A DNA stretch of 64,000 nt, from positions 1,277,722-1,341,721 of the forward strand of contig JBHYGA010000001.1 of NCBI GenBank assembly GCA_051859245.1, given 5' to 3'. The notes below the pieces were generated by a model. It was not told the DNA's origin, made no database searches, and saw only the letters and a list, made by a program, of their open reading frames with translations. The stretch comes from Gemmatimonadaceae bacterium. GTDB taxonomy: Bacteria > Gemmatimonadota > Gemmatimonadetes > Gemmatimonadales > Gemmatimonadaceae. This document shows positions 17,760-26,770 of the stretch, piece by piece; the stretch's first letter is position 1, and the number at the start of each line of letters is the position of its first letter. The position numbers and the translations under genes were made by a program.

Positions 17760-20552
17760 ATGACCCCAGATTCGCGTTTCGTGCGGACAGTCGGCCTGCG
17801 TGCCGCGTCCGTCGCACGCACCCTGTTGCTCGGCACCGCGTTCGCGCTGCCAGCCGCCCTTTCGGCGCAATCCCGCGTCACATCTCCCGAGCAGTTCTTC
17901 GGCCATCGGATCGGTGCCGACTATCAGCTGCCGAACTACACGAAGTTGCATCAGTACTTCGCCAAGGTCGCCGGCGAGAGTGATCGTGTCGTGCTCGATA
18001 CGATCGGCCTCTCCGAGGAGGGTCGGCCGCAGATCATGGCGATCGTGACGAGTCCCGCGAATCATCGCAATCTCGCGCGCTACAAGGACATTGCCCGCCG
18101 CCTCTCTCTCGCCGAGGGAGTGGATTCCGCAGAAGCGCGTCGTCTCGCGCGCGAAGGCAAGGCGATTATCTGGATTGACGGCGGTTTGCACGCCACGGAA
18201 GTGCTGGGTGCGCAGCAGCTGATCGAAACGTTCTGGCAGCTCTCGAGCATGAGCGACGAAGAGACCACGCGCTTTCTCGACGATTGCATCATTCTCATGG
18301 CGCATGCCAATCCCGACGGCATGGAACTGGTGAGCGATTGGTACATGCGTTCCTCGGACAGTCTGCGCCGCACCACGGGTGGTCTGCCGCGTCTCTATCA
18401 GAAGTACGCGGGACACGACAACAATCGTGACTCGTACATGAACGCGCTGAAGGAAACGGAGAACATGAGCCGTCAGCTGTTCATTGAATGGCATCCGGTG
18501 ATCATGTACAACCATCACCAGACCGGACCGGCCGGTGCCGTCATGTTTGCGCCGCCGTTTCGCGATCCCGCCAACTACAACTTTCACCCGTTGATCATCA
18601 CCGGGCTCGATATTGTCGGTGCGGCCATGCACAACCGCTTTGTCACCGAAGAAAAGGGTGGCACGGTGATGCGCAGCGGTGCGAACTACTCCACGTGGTG
18701 GAACGGTGGTCTGCGCACTACGGTGTACTTCCACAACATGATTGGTCTGCTTACGGAAACGATCGGTAATCCAACCCCGATGCGTGTGCCGCTGGTGGCC
18801 AATCGCCAGCTGCGGAGCGGCGATCAGCCGTTGCCGGTGGAGCCGGGACTCTGGCGTTTCCGTCAGTCGATTGACTACTCCATCACGGCCAATCGCGCCG
18901 TGCTGGACGTGGCATCGAAGTATCGCGAAACGCTGCTGTACAATCGCTGGAAAATGGCGAACGATCAGATCGAAAACGGCAAGAAAGATTCGTGGACAAT
19001 CTGGCCATCGCGCATTGCGGTACTCAACGATTCCATGACCAAGCTGCGTGCGAACACGGCCGCGGCGGCCGCTGGTTCGAACGAGGCCATGTTTGGCGTG
19101 CTGCGCAAGCCGGAAGACCGGAATCCGCGTGCGTACATCTTGCCGAGTTCGCAGCCGGACTTTGCGACGGCTACGAAGTTCGTGCGCGCGTTGCAGAAAT
19201 CGGGTGTGGTAGTGCACCGCGCAACGGCGCCGTTCACTGTGTCCGGCAAGCAGTATCCGGCCGGTTCGTGGGTGTTCAACTCGTCGCAGGCGTATCGTCC
19301 GCACATTCTCGACATGTTTGAACCGCAGGATCACCCGAATGACTTCCGCTTCCCGGGTGGCCCGCCAATCCCGCCGTACGACAACGCCGGCTGGACGCTC
19401 GCGATGCAGATGGGCATGCAGTACGACCGTATCTTTGAGAACGTCGACGGTCAGTTCGAAAAGGTGTCTGAAGTCACCGCGATGATTCCCGGTACGGTGA
19501 ACAAAGGGCGCGCCGGTTATCTCGTACACGCGTCGGTGAACGATGCGCTCACCGTGGCCAACCGTCTCACCAAGCGCAACTCGCCGGTGTTTCGCACCAC
19601 GACTGCGGTGACGGCAAATGGTCAGACGTATCCCGTCGGCTCATGGTTCATTCCGTCTGGTGGGTACGCCGATCAGGTTGTGACGCAGGCCGCGAAAGAT
19701 CTCGGCGTGTCGTTCGCCGCAGCCGATGCACGTCCGGCGGCTGAGCAGGTTCGTCAGCTGCGCGTTGGCGTATGGGATCGTTACGGCGGATCCATGCCGG
19801 CCGGCTGGACGCGTCTCGTGCTCGAACAGCTCGAAATGCCGTTCACCACGGTGTACGCGAAAGAACTCGACGCGGGCAAGCTGAACGCCAAGTACGACGT
19901 GCTGCTGTTTGTTGACGGCGGCATTCCGGCGGCGCGTGGTGCACGTGGTGGTGCTGGTGGTGGTGGTGGTTTTGCGGGCGGCGGCGCCTCGGCGGCCGAC
20001 TCAACGCTCATTCCGCGCGAGTACTGGCCCGCGCTTGGTAACGTGTCGGCGGAGCGCACGATTCCCCAGCTCAAGGCATTCGTTGAGGCGGGCGGAAAGA
20101 TCGTCACGATCGGCAGCTCAACGTCCATCGCGCAGCACTTCCAACTGCCGATTGAGAATCACCTGCTCGACAACGGTCGTCCGCTCACGAATGAGCAGTA
20201 CTACATCCCGGGTTCACTGTTGCAGGTGGCACTCGATCCGTCGCGTCCGGTCACGGCCGGTATGGATGCGCGTCCGATCGTCATGTTCGACAACAGTCCG
20301 GTCATGAAGCTTGGTGCGGATGCGGCGGCCAAGGGCGTGCGCGCGATTGCCACGTTCGATACGCCGAAGCCCCTGCGCAGCGGTTGGGCCTGGGGACAGG
20401 AGCGGTTGCAGGGTGGTGTCGCAATGGCCGAAGCCACGGTGGGCAAGGGCACCGTGTACTTGCTTGGACCCGAAGTGATGTTCCGCGCCCAGTCGCACGG
20501 CACATTCAAACTTGTGACCAACACGTTCTACGGAAGCGGCGCGGCGAAGTAA
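17760..20552 (+). CDS. Secreted M14 zinc carboxypeptidase-family protein
   Basis: Signal peptide; DGGLHATE (HxxE), ANPDG, HDNNRD, NHHQ; C-terminal GATase-like domain (GWTRLVLEQ). Confidence 0.9.
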   Translation: MTPDSRFVRTVGLRAASVARTLLLGTAFALPAALSAQSRVTSPEQFFGHRIGADYQLPNYTKLHQYFAKVAGESDRVVLDTIGLSEEGRPQIMAIVTSPANHRNLARYKDIARRLSLAEGVDSAEARRLAREGKAIIWIDGGLHATEVLGAQQLIETFWQLSSMSDEETTRFLDDCIILMAHANPDGMELVSDWYMRSSDSLRRTTGGLPRLYQKYAGHDNNRDSYMNALKETENMSRQLFIEWHPVIMYNHHQTGPAGAVMFAPPFRDPANYNFHPLIITGLDIVGAAMHNRFVTEEKGGTVMRSGANYSTWWNGGLRTTVYFHNMIGLLTETIGNPTPMRVPLVANRQLRSGDQPLPVEPGLWRFRQSIDYSITANRAVLDVASKYRETLLYNRWKMANDQIENGKKDSWTIWPSRIAVLNDSMTKLRANTAAAAAGSNEAMFGVLRKPEDRNPRAYILPSSQPDFATATKFVRALQKSGVVVHRATAPFTVSGKQYPAGSWVFNSSQAYRPHILDMFEPQDHPNDFRFPGGPPIPPYDNAGWTLAMQMGMQYDRIFENVDGQFEKVSEVTAMIPGTVNKGRAGYLVHASVNDALTVANRLTKRNSPVFRTTTAVTANGQTYPVGSWFIPSGGYADQVVTQAAKDLGVSFAAADARPAAEQVRQLRVGVWDRYGGSMPAGWTRLVLEQLEMPFTTVYAKELDAGKLNAKYDVLLFVDGGIPAARGARGGAGGGGGFAGGGASAADSTLIPREYWPALGNVSAERTIPQLKAFVEAGGKIVTIGSSTSIAQHFQLPIENHLLDNGRPLTNEQYYIPGSLLQVALDPSRPVTAGMDARPIVMFDNSPVMKLGADAAAKGVRAIATFDTPKPLRSGWAWGQERLQGGVAMAEATVGKGTVYLLGPEVMFRAQSHGTFKLVTNTFYGSGAAK

Positions 20553-20561
20553 CTTTCGCTC

Positions 20562-21512
20562 GTGCATGCGACCGACGTGAAATTGCAGCAGCAAACGGGT
20601 GCGTTGTTCGGAGACCGGTTTCCGGTGTCTGGATGGCGCACCCGCTTTGCGCCCGCGCCAACGGGCTATCTGCACCTCGGGCATCTGGTCAACGCCATCC
20701 ATGTGTGGGGACTGGCCAGACGCCACGGCGGCGTGGTGGTGTTGCGCGTTGAAGACCACGATCTCACACGCTGCCGGCCTGAGTACGAGTCGGCGCTGCT
20801 CGAAGATCTCGAGTGGTTGGGCTTCGAGCCCGACGAAGCCAGTGTCAAGAGCTTCCGCGACGGACGAACCGCGTATCGGCAATCAGATAACAGCGACGCG
20901 TATCAACGGGCGCTCTCCATGCTCGATGCACAGCAACTGGTGTATCCATGCACGTGCTCGCGCCGCGATATTCTGCGCGCAGTGGGACCGGTCGCGGAGG
21001 GTGAGGAGCCACGCTATCCAGGCACCTGTCGAACGCTCGGTCACCCCAATGATGCAACGCGTGCGCGGCGCGTGAAGATCGATTCACAGCGTGTCGTGTT
21101 TTACGATCTTCGTGTCGGCGCGCAGACGCAAACACCGGCCGATGACTGTGGCGACGTACTGGTGCGCGATCGGTTCGGACACTGGACATACCAGTTTGCC
21201 GTGACCGTTGATGATCGCGATCATCGAATCGACGTGGTGATTCGCGGTGAAGATCTGCTCAGTTCAACGGGTCGACAGATTCTGATCGCACAGTATCTCG
21301 GTCGCGCTACTCCGCCGGCGTACTTTCACCATCCATTGCTGCGAACCGCCGAGGGGAGGAAACTCAGCAAGGCAGCCGGCGATACGTCGCTGCGTGAGTT
21401 GCGCGCAGCGGGCGCACGCGCCGAACAACTGATTGGTGATGCGGCCTATCGTTGCGCGTTGCAGCCCACGCCCGCACCAATCTCAGCGGCGGACGTGGCG
21501 CAACTTTTCTGA
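20562..21512 (+). CDS. gluQ: Glutamyl-Q tRNA(Asp) synthetase (GluRS catalytic-domain paralog)
   Basis: RFAPAPTGYLHLGH, LRVEDHD, YPCTCSR...YPGTCR, IRGEDLL, KLSK; no anticodon-binding domain. Confidence 0.88.
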   Translation: MHATDVKLQQQTGALFGDRFPVSGWRTRFAPAPTGYLHLGHLVNAIHVWGLARRHGGVVVLRVEDHDLTRCRPEYESALLEDLEWLGFEPDEASVKSFRDGRTAYRQSDNSDAYQRALSMLDAQQLVYPCTCSRRDILRAVGPVAEGEEPRYPGTCRTLGHPNDATRARRVKIDSQRVVFYDLRVGAQTQTPADDCGDVLVRDRFGHWTYQFAVTVDDRDHRIDVVIRGEDLLSSTGRQILIAQYLGRATPPAYFHHPLLRTAEGRKLSKAAGDTSLRELRAAGARAEQLIGDAAYRCALQPTPAPISAADVAQLF

Positions 21513-21550
21513 CGGCTCGCGCAATGCCGGCGCGTGTGTCGTGCGCTCTA

Positions 21551-22816
21551 CTATTTGACGCCGAGCAGTCCGCTCACGAGCAACAAAATCCACTGCGGAC
21601 CTTTGAAGCCGTCGGTGCGGTCATCGTACGATTCGTCGAGTGAGTGCGAGGCGCGTCCCACGCCACCGCCGTCAACCGTGATCGCCGGAATGCCAAGATT
21701 GATCGGGAAGTTCGCGTCGGTGCTGGAGGCGTTGAGCGGTGCGTACAACTTGAGTGCATCCGCGGCCGCCTGCGCTACACGCACAATGCGCGAGGAGTCG
21801 GGTGTGGTGCCGGCCGGACGAATGCCGATCGTGTCCACCTTGAGCACCAGCTTGCCACGCGAGTTCGGCCAACGCGCCTGCTCGGCTGCCACGGCGTCCG
21901 CCACCAGCTTTTGCACCTTCGCGTCAACTTCCATCAACGTTGACATGGATTCACTGCGCATGTCGAGATCGAACGATGCGTCAGCGGAAATGGTGTTGAC
22001 CGAGGTACCACCGGTGATCAGACCCACGCTGAATGTGGTGCGCGGTTCGGTCGGCACCTGCATATCGCCGATGGCCGCGATTGCGCGCCCGACTGCGTGA
22101 ATCGGATTCACCAAACCGAAGGCGCCGTAGCTGTGACCGCCGGGGCCCTGCACGGTGAAGCGATAGCGTGCGCTGCCAACGGCGCCGTTGGTGATGGCAA
22201 TGCCGGTACCGTCAACGCTGATGAAGTAGTCGATGGAGTCGCGCAGCGGACTGGTGAAGAGCGCACGCACGCCACGCAGATTACCGGGGCCTTCTTCTCC
22301 CACGGTGCCAATCACCAGCAAGCGACCGGTGATCGGCACTTTGTTGGCGATCAGCGAGCGCGTGACGGCGAGTGTCACGGCCAGTCCGCGGCAGTCGTCT
22401 CCGATGCCGGGGCCGATGAGACGGGTCCCTTCACGCGTGACTTTGACGTCGGTGCCTTCGGGAAATACGGTATCAAGATGCCCGCTGAGCACCACCGTGG
22501 GCCCCGATCCGCTGCCACGCAGTTCGCCGATCACGTTGCCTTCGCCGTCCACACGTACCTGGGTGAGACCCAGCGCGGTGAGCTGATCGCGGAAGTACAC
22601 GCCGCGCGCCGTTTCCTTGAATGGCGGGGCCGGGATCTCGCACAGGGCGACCTGCTGATTGAGCGTCCACGAGTTGTCGCGCTCAATCTGCGAGAGGGCG
22701 GATTTGACGGTGGAGTTCTGCGCGGGCACCGTGACGGCCTGCGCAAGTACGACGGCGGGTACGAGCGCCAGCGCTGCGGTGGCGAGCGTCACTCGTGAGG
22801 TAAGGCGAAGCGGCAT
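21551..22816 (-). CDS. Secreted M20/M25/M40 metallopeptidase
   Basis: SGHLDTVFP, GIGDDCRG, GEEG, STDAN, SHSLDE; signal peptide from ATG 22816. Confidence 0.9.
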   Translation of the reverse strand: MPLRLTSRVTLATAALALVPAVVLAQAVTVPAQNSTVKSALSQIERDNSWTLNQQVALCEIPAPPFKETARGVYFRDQLTALGLTQVRVDGEGNVIGELRGSGSGPTVVLSGHLDTVFPEGTDVKVTREGTRLIGPGIGDDCRGLAVTLAVTRSLIANKVPITGRLLVIGTVGEEGPGNLRGVRALFTSPLRDSIDYFISVDGTGIAITNGAVGSARYRFTVQGPGGHSYGAFGLVNPIHAVGRAIAAIGDMQVPTEPRTTFSVGLITGGTSVNTISADASFDLDMRSESMSTLMEVDAKVQKLVADAVAAEQARWPNSRGKLVLKVDTIGIRPAGTTPDSSRIVRVAQAAADALKLYAPLNASSTDANFPINLGIPAITVDGGGVGRASHSLDESYDDRTDGFKGPQWILLLVSGLLGVK

Positions 22817-22992
22817 ATTGAGGGCGGCAGAGGCGAGGGACAGCCCGCCAATGACTGTGGCGGCGCGGCTAACAATGAAAGATGGGCAAACACCGCTCAT
22901 TATTGCATTGCCTCGACGGGTAAGGCTTTGTAGCCTCCGGACTATCTCAACACCCGTTCGCCTTTCCAACGTTCTCGTCACCAGGCGTTTAC

Positions 22993-23991
22993 ATGACCTC
23001 CCCGATCGAATCGTTGCCGGATCTGCACGCCTTGCGCGCGGCGCAGCAATTGGTGCATCAAAACTTTGGACCAACCGCGCAGTATCGCTGGCCCCTGCTC
23101 GAAGCGCGCGTCGGGTCGGAGTGCTGGGTCAAGCACGAGAATCACACGCCGGTGGGAGCGTTCAAGGTGCGCGGCGGCCTGGTCTATCTTGATCGTTTGC
23201 AGCGGTCAGGCGTGCCTGTGCCCGGACTTGTGTCTGCGACACGCGGCAATCACGGACAGTCCATTGCGTTTGCGGCGGCGCGCTACGGCATTCCCGTGGC
23301 GATTGTTGTGCCGCGGGGCAACAGTCGGGAAAAGAACGCGGCCATGCGTGCACTCGGCGCGGAGGTGCTGGAGGTTGGTGAAGACTTTCAGGCATCGGTC
23401 GAAGCTGCGATCGACATCGCGGCGCAACGCGGGTGGATCCGTGTGCCAAGTTTTCATCTTGATCTCGTCGCGGGCGTCGGCACGTGGGCGCTGGAGTTGC
23501 TGGAGGCGGTGCCTGACTTGGACCGACTCTACGTGCCCGTGGGGCTCGGCAGTGGATTATGCGGGGCCATTGCCGCCAAGCGCGCGCTTGCGCATGCGGT
23601 GGAGATCATCGGCGTGGTCTCCACAGGCGCACCTACATACGCGCTGTCTGTGGCGGCGGGGCACGCCGTATCGCACGCGGTCACCACGCAGCTCGCCGAC
23701 GGCATGGCGTGTCGAACGCCCGATCCGAGTGCGCTGGCCATCATCAGCGCTGCTGCGGTGCCGATTCAGCAGGTGACGGACGAACAGGTGGCTGACGCGA
23801 TGCGCGTCCTGTTTTCAGCCACGCACAACGCGGCCGAAGGAGCGGGTGCGGCTGGCCTGGCGGCGTTGCTTGCGGACGCAACGCGCGATCGGACGCAGCG
23901 CGTTGCGTTCGTGTTGTGCGGCGGTAATGTGGATCGCGATGTGTTCAGTGAAGTGCTTCGCGTTAGCGACCAAACCAGTAGCTCGCCTTGA
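22993..23991 (+). CDS. PLP-dependent threonine/serine dehydratase
   Basis: KHENHTPVGAFKVRGG, TRGNHGQS, VPVGLGSG, EGAGAA, CGGNVD. Confidence 0.92.
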   Translation: MTSPIESLPDLHALRAAQQLVHQNFGPTAQYRWPLLEARVGSECWVKHENHTPVGAFKVRGGLVYLDRLQRSGVPVPGLVSATRGNHGQSIAFAAARYGIPVAIVVPRGNSREKNAAMRALGAEVLEVGEDFQASVEAAIDIAAQRGWIRVPSFHLDLVAGVGTWALELLEAVPDLDRLYVPVGLGSGLCGAIAAKRALAHAVEIIGVVSTGAPTYALSVAAGHAVSHAVTTQLADGMACRTPDPSALAIISAAAVPIQQVTDEQVADAMRVLFSATHNAAEGAGAAGLAALLADATRDRTQRVAFVLCGGNVDRDVFSEVLRVSDQTSSSP

Positions 23992-26584
23992 TCAGGAACG
24001 TGTTATCTGGTGCGACACCGAACAAGTTGCCGAAATCCCGCGACACATCGAACGAACCGTTGTCGAGTCCGTCCTGACTGCGTCCCTGTTGCCACACAAA
24101 AAACAGCGTGCTACCGGGGCGGTACTCCCAGCGCGCGACAACGTTTGAACGAAACTGCTTCACGTTAAATCCACCGGGGTCGCCGGCGTACGGTTGAAAT
24201 CTCGAGTCGTAACTGGCTGCGCGCGGATCGGCGAGCTCGCGCCAGTTGCTGTACGCGCCCGTGGTGACAAACGGCTGTGCGTACACCTGCAACGACAGCG
24301 TGGGTGACGCGGTCACGTCGAATCGTGCCGTCAGGCTGTGCGTGTGCTGGTCCAGTGTTGCGAATGTGTACGATGTGCCCGGCTCACCAACGGCGCCCAC
24401 GTTTCGCACCCACTGCCAGTCGGCGCGTCGGCGCGCACTGTTGATCGACACACTGCCTTGTACACGACTCGAGCCGCGAAACTGCACCCGAGGACCAAGG
24501 CTGATATTCCACGATCGTCCGCCATCGCCAACATTCCAGTTCAGGTTACCGCCCGGAATGATCGGCTTTCGCGTATCGGTATCAAACCCGAGCCAGCCAA
24601 AGGCGAATGGGTTGCGACGCACGGCCGGGCCGCCGCGTGACGCGCGATCATCGTACGCGGCAAGCAGATTCTCGGCGCCAATGCCACCCCACACGCTCCA
24701 GAACGACTTGAGTTCCGAAAACGCGTTGATGTTGCCGCCGTTGTTCAAGGTAAGACCCGATGTATTCCAACCGGCCCACTGATTGAAGTTCACCGAGAGT
24801 CGACGGTAAAAGTGCGCGGGCTGCAACGCCTGGATCTGAAACCAGCTGTATTGCGACTGCAAATCGCTGCGCGTGAGAAATCCGACATCGTTGATTTCGA
24901 ATCCGGGGTTCTTTCGCTGATAACTCAGCTGAAAGCGCGTGCGACCACCGCCAACCTTGGCCAATCGCAGGTCGCCCGCTGCTGCCGCCAGTGATGTACG
25001 CCATCCCTCGACTGAGCGGTCGCCATCGGGTCGGGTAAACGCGTGCACAAGACTCTGCTGCGTCCGCCGCATTGCAGCCGTGTCTCCGGTGACTCGACTG
25101 GCCGCAAGAAATCCGGAGATTTCATAACGATTGCCGAGGAAACGATGCCGCGCATCGAATCCACCGGTCAGTGCGTTGTTGCGAAGAAACGGTGCACTGG
25201 ATTCATCAAGCTGACGCTGCACGCCGGTGGTCATGAAGCCCACGGTGCTGTTGCCGCCGCGAAACTCCTGCACGAGACGCGCGACCATGTAGTTGGTTTG
25301 TGGTTCTACGGTGCGATCGTTCGATCCAACGCTCCGCCCGGTCACAGCGTCGAGCAATCCAACGGACAATCCGCTGGGTAACCGACCACTCATTTTGGCC
25401 GCGCCCAGAATGGACGAGAACTGTGGTGTGTCGCGATCTCCGTAGAGTCCGGCGAGCTGCGGTGCGCGGCCAATGCGGCGCGGATAAAACAGCCCGGTGC
25501 ACTCTCCGTCATTGCAATCGATGTCGTAACGGAAAATGCCAACGCCCTCCACGAAAAACGGGCGTCGCTCCTGAAAAAACTGCTCGAATGCCGAGAGGTT
25601 GAGGACGGCAGGATCTGCTTCGACCTGTCCGAAATCCGGGTTGACCGTGGCATCTACGGTGAAGTTCGCACCAAGCCCGTATTTCACATCAAGTCCGGCC
25701 GCATGTTGCTGCTCACGAAATGCGTCGCGACGTCCCGGAGTATTGCGGAGTTTGGTGACGTTGCGTTCAACGAGATACGGTCGCACTTCTAGCCGGCGCG
25801 ATGCCGGTAGACCATTGAACCCGCTCACATCGCCGAACTGCGAGACGAGACCAACGCGCGACCGTCGCAGCACGGGCCAGGTATATCGTTCGCCTCGACG
25901 CTGCACTTCGCGCAGCACCATCACGCCGAACGTGCGCTCCGCCTGATCCGGGAAGCGCAACTGATTAAGCGGAATACGGAATTCGGCCGACCAGCCGAGA
26001 GAATCGATCGAAGTCTTGGCGTCCCACACGGCGTCCCAGGTGAGGTCCTCGTTGCCGTCGTTGTAGATGTACCAGTCACGCTGCGTGCCCGTGGGGTTCA
26101 CGGAGAACGCGTACGCCGTGCGCTTGTCGTGGTACGAATCAATCATGATGCCGAGATAATCCGACGGCGTGCGCTGATCGCGTCGACTCAACAGTCCGAC
26201 AATGGAGTCGGGATTTGGATCGAAGGCGCGCACCAACACGTAGACGAACTTGTTGTCGTACGCCACGCGCGCCTCCGTGCGATATGCTGGCTCACCGTCT
26301 TCGTTTGGCTGGGTCTCGCGAAACTCCGTAAGGGCGACCGCGTCACTCCACGCGGTTTCATCTCCACGACCATCAAGTGTGATCGGAGTCGCAATACGAA
26401 CTGCCGCCGCGGCGCGCGACGGCACGGGAACGATGGTCGTGCGGCTCGCGTCTGTCAGGGCAGCAGGCTGGGCCTCAAGAGTCCAGCCGCAGATTCCCGT
26501 TGCGCACAACAGCCACGCAAACGCGGACGATCGGCTGCGTCGGGGGTACAGGACTGACAGTGAGAGGAGCGACGAGGTGGGCAT
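23963..26584 (-). CDS. CBM9-like + DUF5916 outer-membrane protein
   Basis: TLDGRGDETAW, FSVNPTG, EFRIPLNQLRF, NPDFGQVEAD, FFQERRPFF, ends KASYWFGR. The upstream extension to 27892 is antisense shadow of tamA. Confidence 0.85.
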   Translation of the reverse strand: MPTSSLLSLSVLYPRRSRSSAFAWLLCATGICGWTLEAQPAALTDASRTTIVPVPSRAAAAVRIATPITLDGRGDETAWSDAVALTEFRETQPNEDGEPAYRTEARVAYDNKFVYVLVRAFDPNPDSIVGLLSRRDQRTPSDYLGIMIDSYHDKRTAYAFSVNPTGTQRDWYIYNDGNEDLTWDAVWDAKTSIDSLGWSAEFRIPLNQLRFPDQAERTFGVMVLREVQRRGERYTWPVLRRSRVGLVSQFGDVSGFNGLPASRRLEVRPYLVERNVTKLRNTPGRRDAFREQQHAAGLDVKYGLGANFTVDATVNPDFGQVEADPAVLNLSAFEQFFQERRPFFVEGVGIFRYDIDCNDGECTGLFYPRRIGRAPQLAGLYGDRDTPQFSSILGAAKMSGRLPSGLSVGLLDAVTGRSVGSNDRTVEPQTNYMVARLVQEFRGGNSTVGFMTTGVQRQLDESSAPFLRNNALTGGFDARHRFLGNRYEISGFLAASRVTGDTAAMRRTQQSLVHAFTRPDGDRSVEGWRTSLAAAAGDLRLAKVGGGRTRFQLSYQRKNPGFEINDVGFLTRSDLQSQYSWFQIQALQPAHFYRRLSVNFNQWAGWNTSGLTLNNGGNINAFSELKSFWSVWGGIGAENLLAAYDDRASRGGPAVRRNPFAFGWLGFDTDTRKPIIPGGNLNWNVGDGGRSWNISLGPRVQFRGSSRVQGSVSINSARRRADWQWVRNVGAVGEPGTSYTFATLDQHTHSLTARFDVTASPTLSLQVYAQPFVTTGAYSNWRELADPRAASYDSRFQPYAGDPGGFNVKQFRSNVVARWEYRPGSTLFFVWQQGRSQDGLDNGSFDVSRDFGNLFGVAPDNTFLIKASYWFGR

Positions 26585-26770
26585 CAGTGGGGGAGTAGGC
26601 GTCGGCACTCGTGTCGCGATGGGCGTCGCCTGCAGGAAGCGGCCACACGGTGTGTTGAGCTGTAGACAACGGGTCGACTCGATTGGTTTGGATGCCGGGA
26701 CGATAGAATTCCGGTTCGGCGCTGGCGAAGCGGCGTGGCGAAGCGAACGCGTGAAGGAGAGATTGAAGGA

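Noticed and set aside
17754..19529. 591-aa antisense ORF
   Set aside because: Shadow of the codon-biased M14 gene; no recognisable motifs.
19930..19990. GGT-rich tract in the M14 gene
   Set aside because: In-frame Gly-rich linker (RGARGGAGGGGG); ordinary low complexity.
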